In this document: one piece after another, positions 8,769-16,714 of the stretch
Layout: every line of letters begins with the position of its first letter
Numbering within the stretch: the first letter of the stretch is position 1
Assembly: GCF_000186885.1 (NCBI RefSeq)
Contig: NC_014972.1
Span: forward strand, 90,001 to 122,000
Length of the DNA stretch: 32,000 nt
Reading direction: 5' to 3'
Origin: Desulfobulbus propionicus DSM 2032
Lineage (GTDB): Bacteria > Desulfobacterota > Desulfobulbia > Desulfobulbales > Desulfobulbaceae
Position numbers and translations under genes: made by a program
Notes under the pieces: generated by a model
What the model saw: only the letters and a program-made list of their open reading frames with translations
What the model was told of the DNA's origin: nothing
Databases searched by the model: none

Positions 8769-9761
8769 ATGAAAGGATTCCCCTGCCTGTCGCAAACCTT
8801 TGATCGACTGTCAGAGGCGCAACGATGGGCGGAAGATACGGAATCTCTTCTTCGGTCAGGAGGGCAGATCACCGACAATGATGTTCCCGAGGAACTGACC
8901 TTTGTGGACGCACTTGACAGGTACGAACTGGAGGTCTCAAACCGGAAGAGGCCGAACACCAAAATACGGGAAAGAACCTCAGCAAACCGCCTTCGAGAGC
9001 ATTTCTCCGGATTGAAACTAAAAGAAATCACGCCGTCGCTGGTGGCAGCTTTCCGCGACAAGAGACTGAAAAGTGTAGGTCCTTCAACCGTCCAAAAAGA
9101 TCTTGCCCTACTCTCCCATCTTTTCACTATTGCCAACGCAGAATGGGCCTTGGACATCAAGAACCCTGTCGCCACAATCAGAAAACCGGCCAAACCGGAT
9201 AGCAGGTTACGCCTTCTCAGCAAGGATGAGGCACGGCATCTCCTCGAGACCTCCAAGCAAAGCCGCAACAAAAAGCTCTATCATTTCCTGCAGCTGATGT
9301 TGCACACGGGGATGCGACCATCAGAAGCAGCAGGAATAACCTGGGGGCAAATAGATATTGATGCCCGAATTATTGACCTGACAGTGACAAAGACAAAGCC
9401 AAGGCGGGTACCGTTGACGGTAAAGGCGGTTGAATTGCTCCTGGAACTGATGCCGGATCAATACGAGAAAAATTCCTTTGTTTTCCTGCCCAACAATTGT
9501 TCGGAGACACTCCGCAGAAGACCAAACCTGTTTTTTCGACGTGCCTTCTGGAATGCCCTGAAAAAGGCAAACATCGAAGATTTTCACATGCACGATCTCC
9601 GACATACCGCAGCAAGCTACCTGCTGATGGCCGGAGTCGACCTGCGCACCCTGGCGGACATTCTCGGTCACAGTACCATGCAGATGGTTCAGCGCTACAC
9701 CCACCTTCTGGACGACCACAAGTTAAAGGCGATCGATAAAATCGAGCTCTTGGGGAGATAA
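8769..9761 (+). CDS. int: Tyrosine recombinase / phage-type integrase (N-terminus apparently frameshifted, see findings)
   Basis: Catalytic region HTGMRPSEAAG...HDLRHTAASYLLMAGVDLRTLADILGHSTMQMVQRYTHL (the R..HxxR..Y signature). It lies immediately 3' of a tRNA gene. Confidence 0.9.
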   Translation: MKGFPCLSQTFDRLSEAQRWAEDTESLLRSGGQITDNDVPEELTFVDALDRYELEVSNRKRPNTKIRERTSANRLREHFSGLKLKEITPSLVAAFRDKRLKSVGPSTVQKDLALLSHLFTIANAEWALDIKNPVATIRKPAKPDSRLRLLSKDEARHLLETSKQSRNKKLYHFLQLMLHTGMRPSEAAGITWGQIDIDARIIDLTVTKTKPRRVPLTVKAVELLLELMPDQYEKNSFVFLPNNCSETLRRRPNLFFRRAFWNALKKANIEDFHMHDLRHTAASYLLMAGVDLRTLADILGHSTMQMVQRYTHLLDDHKLKAIDKIELLGR

Positions 9762-9885
9762 CCCAAATACTCTTTCTTCCCGGCAGCATGGTCTTGGCTG
9801 ACCATCAGCCTCCCCTCCCCTTGCACACCTGAATCTGGCCTGCATCGGTCCGATTTCATTTCGACAACAAACCATCCCGCTTGTA

Positions 9886-10236
9886 TCACTCCGACGGGCG
9901 CTCCTCGACCACCCGCAAATACTCCTCGATCTCCCGGGGAGTGTAGTAGCGGAAGTGGATGCGGTGGCAGAGTTTGTCGGTGAAGTCGGAGAAGGCCATG
10001 ACGATCTCGCGTCCCTCGGCCATCAGGGCCTCGCCTTCCTCGTAGGAGATGCCGCCCATCTCGCCGAGCCGCCCCTTGAAGTTGGCATAGGCCAGATCGA
10101 ACTGGCGCAGGATGTTACACAGGGTCGCGCCCAAGGGCGAGTTGATGAGCAGCACCCGCGAGCCCCGTTCCTTGACCAGGCTGATCTTGCGCTCCTGGAT
10201 CTCCTGCGACGAGAGCCGCTGCTTTTCTTCCGCCAT
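9886..10236 (-). CDS. 116-aa hypothetical protein; last gene of the five-gene operon
   Basis: GGGAG lies 6 nt upstream of the ATG at 10236 and the gene starts 18 nt after the upstream stop. Balanced amino-acid composition. No recognisable motif. Confidence 0.6.
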   Translation of the reverse strand: MAEEKQRLSSQEIQERKISLVKERGSRVLLINSPLGATLCNILRQFDLAYANFKGRLGEMGGISYEEGEALMAEGREIVMAFSDFTDKLCHRIHFRYYTPREIEEYLRVVEERPSE

Positions 10237-10254
10237 GATGGACTCCCTGGTTGG

Positions 10255-10971
10255 TTAGGCGGTGATCCGCCGGGCGTTGCGCCGGACCCGGTACCGCTGC
10301 CAGCAATCGAGCAGGTACACCGAGCCATAGGGAAAGACCGCGGCCAGTACCATGAGCAGGGTGCTCCTGGTGGCCAGCGGCAGCAGGTGCGGCCTGATCG
10401 TCATCATCCCCTCATATATTTCCCGGGCGTGGGACATCCACCGGCTGGCCATGCGCCAGACGTTCTCCGGCGTGGCCAACCGATCCGCCAGCAGGTAGAG
10501 CACGTAGACGAGAAAGGCCTTGAGCAACAGCGACAGGGCCCGGCCGGTGAGCAGGCTGTTGACCCCCTTGCGGGTGATGTTGCCCACGAAGTAGCGGCTC
10601 AGGTAGCTGCACATGGCGGTGTTGATGATGAGCGGCAGGTAGGGGATGGCGCCGAAGAACAGCTGGCCGGACCAGTCGAGGTGCTCGAACACGAACGGCA
10701 GCAGGTAGAGGTGGAACACCGGGAACAGCAGCACCAGCGCCAACCCCTCATGAAAACCGCTCTTCACGCCGATCTTGAAGAAATCGATGGTCCGCTCCAA
10801 GGTGAGGAACTCGGCCGGGATGTTCTGGCCCTTGCTCTCGATCACGTAGAACTGCTGGATCTCGGAGATGGCGCTGAGCAGGTTGCGCGGCCGCTCGATC
10901 CGGCCGCCGTCGGTGGTGATGATCGGGGCATTGGTGTCGTTCGCGCCCCGCGACTCCCGGTCCCTGGCCAT
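10255..10971 (-). CDS. Polytopic membrane protein (about 4 TM helices), hypothetical
   Basis: Hydrophobic stretches GLALVLLFPVFHLYLLPFVF, LFFGAIPYLPLIINTAMCSYL, ALSLLLKAFLVYVLYLLA and TLLMVLAAVFPYGSVYLL. The start overlaps the upstream stop (TGATG). Confidence 0.65.
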   Translation of the reverse strand: MARDRESRGANDTNAPIITTDGGRIERPRNLLSAISEIQQFYVIESKGQNIPAEFLTLERTIDFFKIGVKSGFHEGLALVLLFPVFHLYLLPFVFEHLDWSGQLFFGAIPYLPLIINTAMCSYLSRYFVGNITRKGVNSLLTGRALSLLLKAFLVYVLYLLADRLATPENVWRMASRWMSHAREIYEGMMTIRPHLLPLATRSTLLMVLAAVFPYGSVYLLDCWQRYRVRRNARRITA

Positions 10972-12383
10972 CAGTCGCCCCTATCCTCACCGGCCCAGGG
11001 CGTGACCTTGACGATGTCGCGCAGCAGGTCCGGCTTGGCCCGTTCCATCTCGGCGATGGAGCCGAACGGCTCGGCGTGGAACGGGGTGTAGTAGCCGCGC
11101 AGTTCCTTGCCGAACCTGCGAGTGAGCAGGAAATAGCCGCCGAAGTAGCTGTCGCGGATGAGGTGGCGGGCGATCACGTCCGGTTCCTGCCGCAGTCGTT
11201 GAACAACGGCCAGCAGCACCCGCCGCATGGTCGGGTCGTCCGCGGCCATGGTGGCGATCTCCATGCAGCCGGCCCGTTCCGCCTGTTGGCGGGCCGCCTG
11301 CTCGAGCGCCTTGACCTGGAAGTAGACCAGGCCGTCAGCCATGGAGAAGGCGAGGAAACGACGACCGTCGAGCCGGTTGATGACCGGCTTGAGCAGGGCC
11401 AGGAACCCGGCGACATCGAACCAGCGGGAGATGTCCAGCGGCCGGGGTTTTTCCTCGCGCGCCACCTCCGGCCCGGTCGTCTCAGCAAAGATCTCCTTCA
11501 TCCCCTGCCGAGCTGTCCCATCCTCCACCACCGCAGTCCCTTCCTTCCCATCCACCTCCTGCAGCCCGCCGGCCGCCATGCCCTCCTCCAGTTCCTGCTG
11601 CCGTGCCAGCTGGTCCGCCTGCTTCAGCGTCTTGCCCAGCAGCCCGTCGGCCACCTTGTGGTGCAGCTTGATGGCGCGGAGGATCTCGTCCTTGCGCCCC
11701 AGCTCCTTGAAGCCGGGAACCCCGGCCAGCACCGTGCCGGCGGCCAGTGGATGCTCGCCCAGGGCGTAGAGTGTGCCACGTGCGGACGGCAGCTTTCCCA
11801 GGTCATGGGCGAGCGCAGCCACCAGGGTGTCCGGGATCACATGCCAGGCCTGGTTGTCGGCAAGCAGCCGCACCACCTGGTCAGCCACGTCCAGGGAATG
11901 ATCGAGCAGGGTGGTCTGCGCCAGCAACCGGTAGGTGTTTGCCTCCCAGGCGGCCTCGACATCACCGCGCACATCCACCACCGAGGGACAGTCGCCCTCC
12001 CGGTCGAGCAACTGCACCAGCTGCCGGCAGACCGCTCCCTGCTCGTGGCAGGTGCGGAAGAAGGGCCATTCGTCGATCTGGCGGAGAAAGGCCGCGGCCC
12101 GCGGATGGGCCACGGCGGGGGGTTCCACTGCAACACGGGCAAGCTGTTCGTCCCGCCACAGGTGGACCAGGTCGGCAATATGCACGGTCCGGTACACCGG
12201 GGACCTGGTCCAGCACGCGGCCAACTCGCCCAGGGCGATCTCCCGGGTGTCCGGCGGCGCGGTGTCCCCTTTACGGAGCAGCACCGCCCCGGCCAACCCG
12301 GCCAGCACCACGGCTAGGCCAAGGAACAGGTCCGGCCAGCCGAACACCTCCCGCAGCGCCGTGAACACGTCGTCACCGGCCAT
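10971..12383 (-). CDS. Membrane-anchored HD-domain protein (possible MOBH/TraI_2-like relaxase core or nuclease/phosphohydrolase)
   Basis: N-terminal TM LFLGLAVVLAGLAGAVLL. HD signature LLDHSLDVADQVV...AALAHDLGKLP...IKLHHK...LKQADQLAR. The C-terminal domain resembles TraI_2_C by eye only. Overlaps the upstream gene by 11 nt. Confidence 0.6.
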   Translation of the reverse strand: MAGDDVFTALREVFGWPDLFLGLAVVLAGLAGAVLLRKGDTAPPDTREIALGELAACWTRSPVYRTVHIADLVHLWRDEQLARVAVEPPAVAHPRAAAFLRQIDEWPFFRTCHEQGAVCRQLVQLLDREGDCPSVVDVRGDVEAAWEANTYRLLAQTTLLDHSLDVADQVVRLLADNQAWHVIPDTLVAALAHDLGKLPSARGTLYALGEHPLAAGTVLAGVPGFKELGRKDEILRAIKLHHKVADGLLGKTLKQADQLARQQELEEGMAAGGLQEVDGKEGTAVVEDGTARQGMKEIFAETTGPEVAREEKPRPLDISRWFDVAGFLALLKPVINRLDGRRFLAFSMADGLVYFQVKALEQAARQQAERAGCMEIATMAADDPTMRRVLLAVVQRLRQEPDVIARHLIRDSYFGGYFLLTRRFGKELRGYYTPFHAEPFGSIAEMERAKPDLLRDIVKVTPWAGEDRGD

Positions 12384-13734
12384 CCCGACTGACCGTCACC
12401 GCGGCCAGGTCCGGAAAGGTCACCCGCAGGGTGGCGTCCTCGACCGTGGCGGTCCGGCCCCGGTAGGTGCCGGAGTAGGTCACCAGAAAGAGCTCGCGCG
12501 GCGCCAGGTTGAGGATCTCGGTGTGGCGGACGCGCACCTCCTCGGTCTCGCGGATACTGAGTCCGCCGCCCACCGAGATGATCGGCGAGAACCGCCGCTC
12601 CTCGCCCAGGTGCTCGGACACGTAGCTGGCCGTGTGGGCGTCGGGCACGCGCATGAACAGCTTGGTGTTGCAGTTGTCGAGGATGGTGTTGGCCCGGTCC
12701 TCGCCCACCTCGGCGTGCAGCTGGCTGATCGACTGGCAATAGCCGTGGATGAACACGCCGGCGCCGCCGGCCTTGGCGAACAGGTCCTCGATGCCCTGGT
12801 AGAGCACGGACTGGGCCTCGTCGATGTGCAGCACCAGGGGCGGCTCGACGTTGCGGCCGCTGGAGTAGACCCGGCCGACAAAGGCCTGGATCATGGAGAT
12901 GATCACCTTGCCGGCGGTGTAGGCGGCCCGCTTGGTCAAGAGCGACCCCAGCTGCACCACCAGGATGATGCCCTGGCCCTGCTCGAGCCGCTGGATGAAG
13001 CGGTTCTCGTCGGCCTTGCCGATGATCCGTCCGACATTGCCCGAGGTCAGCTCGGTGAGCGCCACCCGCAGCGAACTGGCCACCTTGGAGTAGTAGTCCG
13101 CCGGCGTGGAGAGGATCTTCTCCATGTCCCGGGAGAGCTGCTTGGCCTCCGGGGTGTTGATGTAGTCGATCTTTTCCTTCAGCCGTTCCAACTCCTGGTG
13201 GCTGATGTGGTTCTTGATGTCGTTGAGGTTGAACGAGGGGGTTTTCCCGGCCTGTGCGGCCAGCAGGATCAGGGCCTGGACCACCACCAGGCTGACCTCG
13301 TAGGCCACGCCGAAGAAGTAGGGCTCGCGGCCGACGGCCACCCCGGCGGTGATGTGGGCGACCAGTTCCTCGGGCATACAGTAGGAGGAGAGCGGGTCGA
13401 GGATGGCGCTGTACTGGGGGAAGATCGGGGTGATGAGCATGAGGTCGGCGAGCCGGTCGGTCTCTTCGGCCAGCTGGGTGATCTTGGAGAACAGGCCGAT
13501 GTCGCCCTTGGGGTCGATGGCCACCACCGAGTAGCCCTTGCGGATATCCTGCTCGAGGATGTGCTCCATGACCCGGGTCTTGCCCACCCGGGTGGTGCCG
13601 AAGCACCAGCAGTGCCCCTTGCGGGCACTGTCGGGAAAGCCCAGTTCGAGGATCGCCTGGGGATGATCGAGATGGACGCCGGTGCCGATGTGGGTCCAGG
13701 GCTCGGGTCGGCTGTCCTGGTGGCGGGCGCTCAC
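12373..13734 (-). CDS. Soluble TraD/VirD4/TrwB-like (FtsK-HerA superfamily) P-loop ATPase
   Basis: Walker A GTTRVGKT, VVAIDPKGD, Walker B LVLHIDEAQSV, then TKLFMRV. GTG start at 13734 overlaps the upstream stop (GTGA). There is no N-terminal hydrophobic segment. Confidence 0.7.
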   Translation of the reverse strand: MSARHQDSRPEPWTHIGTGVHLDHPQAILELGFPDSARKGHCWCFGTTRVGKTRVMEHILEQDIRKGYSVVAIDPKGDIGLFSKITQLAEETDRLADLMLITPIFPQYSAILDPLSSYCMPEELVAHITAGVAVGREPYFFGVAYEVSLVVVQALILLAAQAGKTPSFNLNDIKNHISHQELERLKEKIDYINTPEAKQLSRDMEKILSTPADYYSKVASSLRVALTELTSGNVGRIIGKADENRFIQRLEQGQGIILVVQLGSLLTKRAAYTAGKVIISMIQAFVGRVYSSGRNVEPPLVLHIDEAQSVLYQGIEDLFAKAGGAGVFIHGYCQSISQLHAEVGEDRANTILDNCNTKLFMRVPDAHTASYVSEHLGEERRFSPIISVGGGLSIRETEEVRVRHTEILNLAPRELFLVTYSGTYRGRTATVEDATLRVTFPDLAAVTVSRDGR

Positions 13735-14468
13735 GGTTGCCGCAGGATGCGGACCTCGACCCGCTCGCGCAGTTCACGGTCCACGCTGAGGATGGCCGCC
13801 TTGGGCAGGCGTCGGTCGGTGACCACCAGGCTGCGGTGGCCGACGTAGCGCTTGAGGCAGTGGCACCTGATCCGGTCGGCCTGCGCGCCGAGGTGCTCGC
13901 GCAGCAGGGTCTCGACCAGGGTTTTGGCCACCCGGTCGAGCACCACCTGGACCCGGGCAATGCCGTTTCGTTCCATGGCTTCGACCCGGCGCAGGTGGAA
14001 GGCGCGGCGCTGGCCGACCTGGAACCCGCCTGCACACCGCTCATGCACGCCGATGCGGTTCAGCGGGCAGACACCAAGGACCGACTCGCCGGGGAGGATC
14101 TCCGCCGCCACGATCAGGTTGCCCTCCGCGTCGCTGCCGACGATCTCGCCCCAAAGCAGGTTGTGTTCACAGAGCTTGTAGCGCCGGACCAATTGGCAGA
14201 CCCCGGACGTCTCCAGACGACGTTCGAGAAAGTCGCTGAGCCGCGCCCTCCCCAGCAGTGCCGGCAGGTCGATGACCCGCTGGTGGACGATACCGTTCAC
14301 CCGAGCGTAGGCGACCGCTTCCAGGCACAGGTCCTGCCGGAAGTGGACCAGCACCTCCCGCCGGTACCAGCGGGAGAGCAGGGTGGAAAAGGCGGACTCG
14401 ATCTCCAGCAGCACCTCGGCCCGGGACAGGCCGTGCCGGCTGGCCAGCGACGCGATGATGGACTGCAT
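13731..14468 (-). CDS. Truncated NusA-like protein (NTD + S1-like + partial KH-like); first gene of the operon
   Basis: MQSIIASLASRHGLSRAEVLLEIESAFSTLLSRWY parallels the NusA N-terminus ([35 protein letters not shown]). A later S1-like segment is followed by RVQVVLDRVAKTLVETLL, resembling the NusA SRSxPxxLxxLF segment. Confidence 0.55.
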   Translation of the reverse strand: MQSIIASLASRHGLSRAEVLLEIESAFSTLLSRWYRREVLVHFRQDLCLEAVAYARVNGIVHQRVIDLPALLGRARLSDFLERRLETSGVCQLVRRYKLCEHNLLWGEIVGSDAEGNLIVAAEILPGESVLGVCPLNRIGVHERCAGGFQVGQRRAFHLRRVEAMERNGIARVQVVLDRVAKTLVETLLREHLGAQADRIRCHCLKRYVGHRSLVVTDRRLPKAAILSVDRELRERVEVRILRQP

Positions 14469-14775
14469 GCGAGGTGCCCCCTGGAGCGGTTAGGGATGCG
14501 GCCGGAAAGTCCGGTCTCATCCCTTTTTTCAGGGGGGAGGACATCTGGGAAATTTTGGATGAGTCCTAGGCATGCGAGGAGCGTTGTCAGACGACGAATG
14601 CTGAACCCCTGGATTCTGTCAATAGGGGAAGGAAACAGCACGGCTCGCCATGCGATTGAACGGTGTCGTTCCCGGGTACCGTTGAAAAAGCCGGGGTTCT
14701 TTGTTGGTGATGCAATTGGCCGTGTAGGAAGCGATGCCGTCTTCGGTGCGCGCCTCGTTGCTGCCTTCCTGCTGA

Positions 14776-15933
14776 TCAGGGGCCGTCGTCATCGGTAAAC
14801 ATGCCGAGGCGAACCCGGATCGGCTCGATAATCCCTATCTGGCGTGAAAAATTGTTCAGCCCCTTGAGCAGCGGCGGGGTGATGATTTGGCCCTTGGCAA
14901 CGACCAGTGTCCCGTTTTTTGCCAGCACGTCGTCCAACGCCACCATGCCGACCCCGACCTGGTCCACGTGCAGGCTCAGCACCTGTTCCGGGCTGGCTGC
15001 CCGGACCGTGGCCAGGATGTTTAATATTCTTGGATTATAGACCTTTTTTTGCGACCGCATCAAGCCAAGCGCCTCGCCCCGGCCCTTGCCCTGAAAGAGT
15101 AGGCGGTCATACTCGGTGGCCGCTTTCAGCATCTGGGCGCCAAGCAGGATCTCCTCGTACATCGTTTCCCGCATGGCATCGGTGAATTCATCGAACCGTT
15201 TGCGCTGCAGGGCGATCATTTCAGTGACATTTTCCATCCTGGGAATCCGCTCCAGCAGTTTCCTCGCCGTTTCAGGGTGAGTATCGAACAATTCGGCCTC
15301 GCCAGGGGTCAGTTCCTGACCGGTGTAAAACTTGCTCAAAATTTCGCCCGGCAGGGTGATGCAGCCGATCTGGGAGAGCAGCGCGGCCATCTCGTACTGC
15401 CAGGGCTGCGGCAGGCGCAGCGACTCGGCGATGCGGACTGTGTACTCCCTGATGCGCAGTCCGGAACTACAGGCCAGCGGGCTGGTCATGCCGAGCAGTT
15501 CGCTGAGTACGCTGACGCAGCCCTTGAGCGTGTTCTGCAGCAGTTCCTGTTCCGCGGTGATCAGGCGGTGCTGGCGCAGGGCCAGCACCAGCGAGGTGAC
15601 GAACAGGGCCGGCGGGCAGGGCTTGGCGAGAAAGCGGAAGATCTGGCCGGTGTTGACCGCGTCGATGGCGGTTTCCCGGTCGGCGTGACCGGTGAGCATG
15701 AGGCGCACCGTATCGGGGTAGAGGTCTTTCACCAGCTTGAGCAGTTCAATGCCGTTCATGTTCGGCATGCGCATGTCCGAGACAATGACCGCGAACGGCC
15801 CATCTTCCTTGAGTTGCCGCAGGGCGGCCTCGCCGCTCTCGGCGGTCCGAATTTCAAAACGCCTGCGCAGGTGCCGCTCGATGGAACTGAGGATAGCGGG
15901 CTCGTCGTCGACGAGCAGGATTTTCTCGGTCAC
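14776..15933 (-). CDS. Response regulator: receiver domain plus degenerate HD-GYP-like output domain
   Basis: REC: ILLVDDEP...VIVSDMRMPNMNG...LTGHAD...FLAKP. The output domain aligns with HD-GYP, but LHDIGK is replaced by LSQIGC and the HHE..GYP block is absent. Confidence 0.75.
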   Translation of the reverse strand: MTEKILLVDDEPAILSSIERHLRRRFEIRTAESGEAALRQLKEDGPFAVIVSDMRMPNMNGIELLKLVKDLYPDTVRLMLTGHADRETAIDAVNTGQIFRFLAKPCPPALFVTSLVLALRQHRLITAEQELLQNTLKGCVSVLSELLGMTSPLACSSGLRIREYTVRIAESLRLPQPWQYEMAALLSQIGCITLPGEILSKFYTGQELTPGEAELFDTHPETARKLLERIPRMENVTEMIALQRKRFDEFTDAMRETMYEEILLGAQMLKAATEYDRLLFQGKGRGEALGLMRSQKKVYNPRILNILATVRAASPEQVLSLHVDQVGVGMVALDDVLAKNGTLVVAKGQIITPPLLKGLNNFSRQIGIIEPIRVRLGMFTDDDGP

Positions 15934-16619
15934 GGGTCCATCCTTTTGATGTGGTTGTCTGCTCGCGAAGTTCGTTCAATGGGCCGCCCGATTCCACGCC
16001 CCCTGCCTGCGCGAGCGAGCCGGTGGGCAAGTTGGACAATGACGAACAAGCAATTTCCGGGCGCGGTCATTGCCGGGTGTATTGGTCGTGTGCATCGCTG
16101 TCGCCGCGTTGTCCGATGGCTCTGGGGCAGGCACCGCTGGGGGCAATCGCCAAAGATCGCCCCCATCCCAACAACACGGTCGGTGTGCCCTTCCTGTCGA
16201 TTGGACCTGGGACCATCCTCAGCAGACCCGGCTGGTGTTCGATGCGGGAGTGGGACAAGGCGCCACCAGGATAACATGGCTAGGCCGCCTTGGCAGGCAG
16301 TATGTCCACAGGAGCGCCAACAAGTGATGTCCCTTGCAGGGCTTGCCACCGCTGCTGGTCGCCTGGTGGCTTCTTGGCGCCGTACGCTCGGTGGCAGGTG
16401 ATCCGTGGGCAGGGCGGTTGGTTGGTCCTGGCACTGATCGAGTCCAGCAGAGAAGATTCGACGGCACACCACATCCTCTTCCCAAGTCCGACCCATCAAC
16501 TGCTTTCATCTTGCCAGCCGTTTGCTCCTGATCGCTCATATTGAGAGCCTTGGTTTTTCCTCAGTTCTCAAAATCAGAACAGAAAAATCTGTTTTTCCGT
16601 TATTTTTTTTTCGCCAATC

Positions 16620-16635
16620 CGGCACAGGATTAGCA
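16620..16635 (+). promoter_or_regulatory. Candidate sigma-54 (-24/-12) promoter upstream of the methyltransferase
   Basis: cGGCACaggatTaGCa has GG-N10-GC spacing and one mismatch in the -12 TTGC. It is preceded by an A/T-rich tract (16570-16612). Confidence 0.45.
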
Positions 16636-16714
16636 GTTAAGAATGAGTTCCGAGAAGAGTGAAAAGGGCGGAACAGGGTTGGCTCGGCGACCATTGCCGG
16701 CCGACCGCATCTGT

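Noticed and set aside
11935-13848. 637-aa plus-strand ORF (with 11076-12317, 13737-14798 and the alternative minus-strand frame 12314-14044) overlapping the ATPase and HD genes
   Set aside because: These are shadow ORFs typical of high-GC coding DNA. They are Arg/Pro/Gly/His-rich with no motifs or SD, and they fully overlap frames that carry clear Walker, HD and NusA-like signatures.
15277-16401. 374-aa plus-strand ORF overlapping the response regulator and running into the spacer
   Set aside because: It is antisense to a clear REC-domain gene and has no recognisable features of its own. The part beyond 15934 has no independent support.
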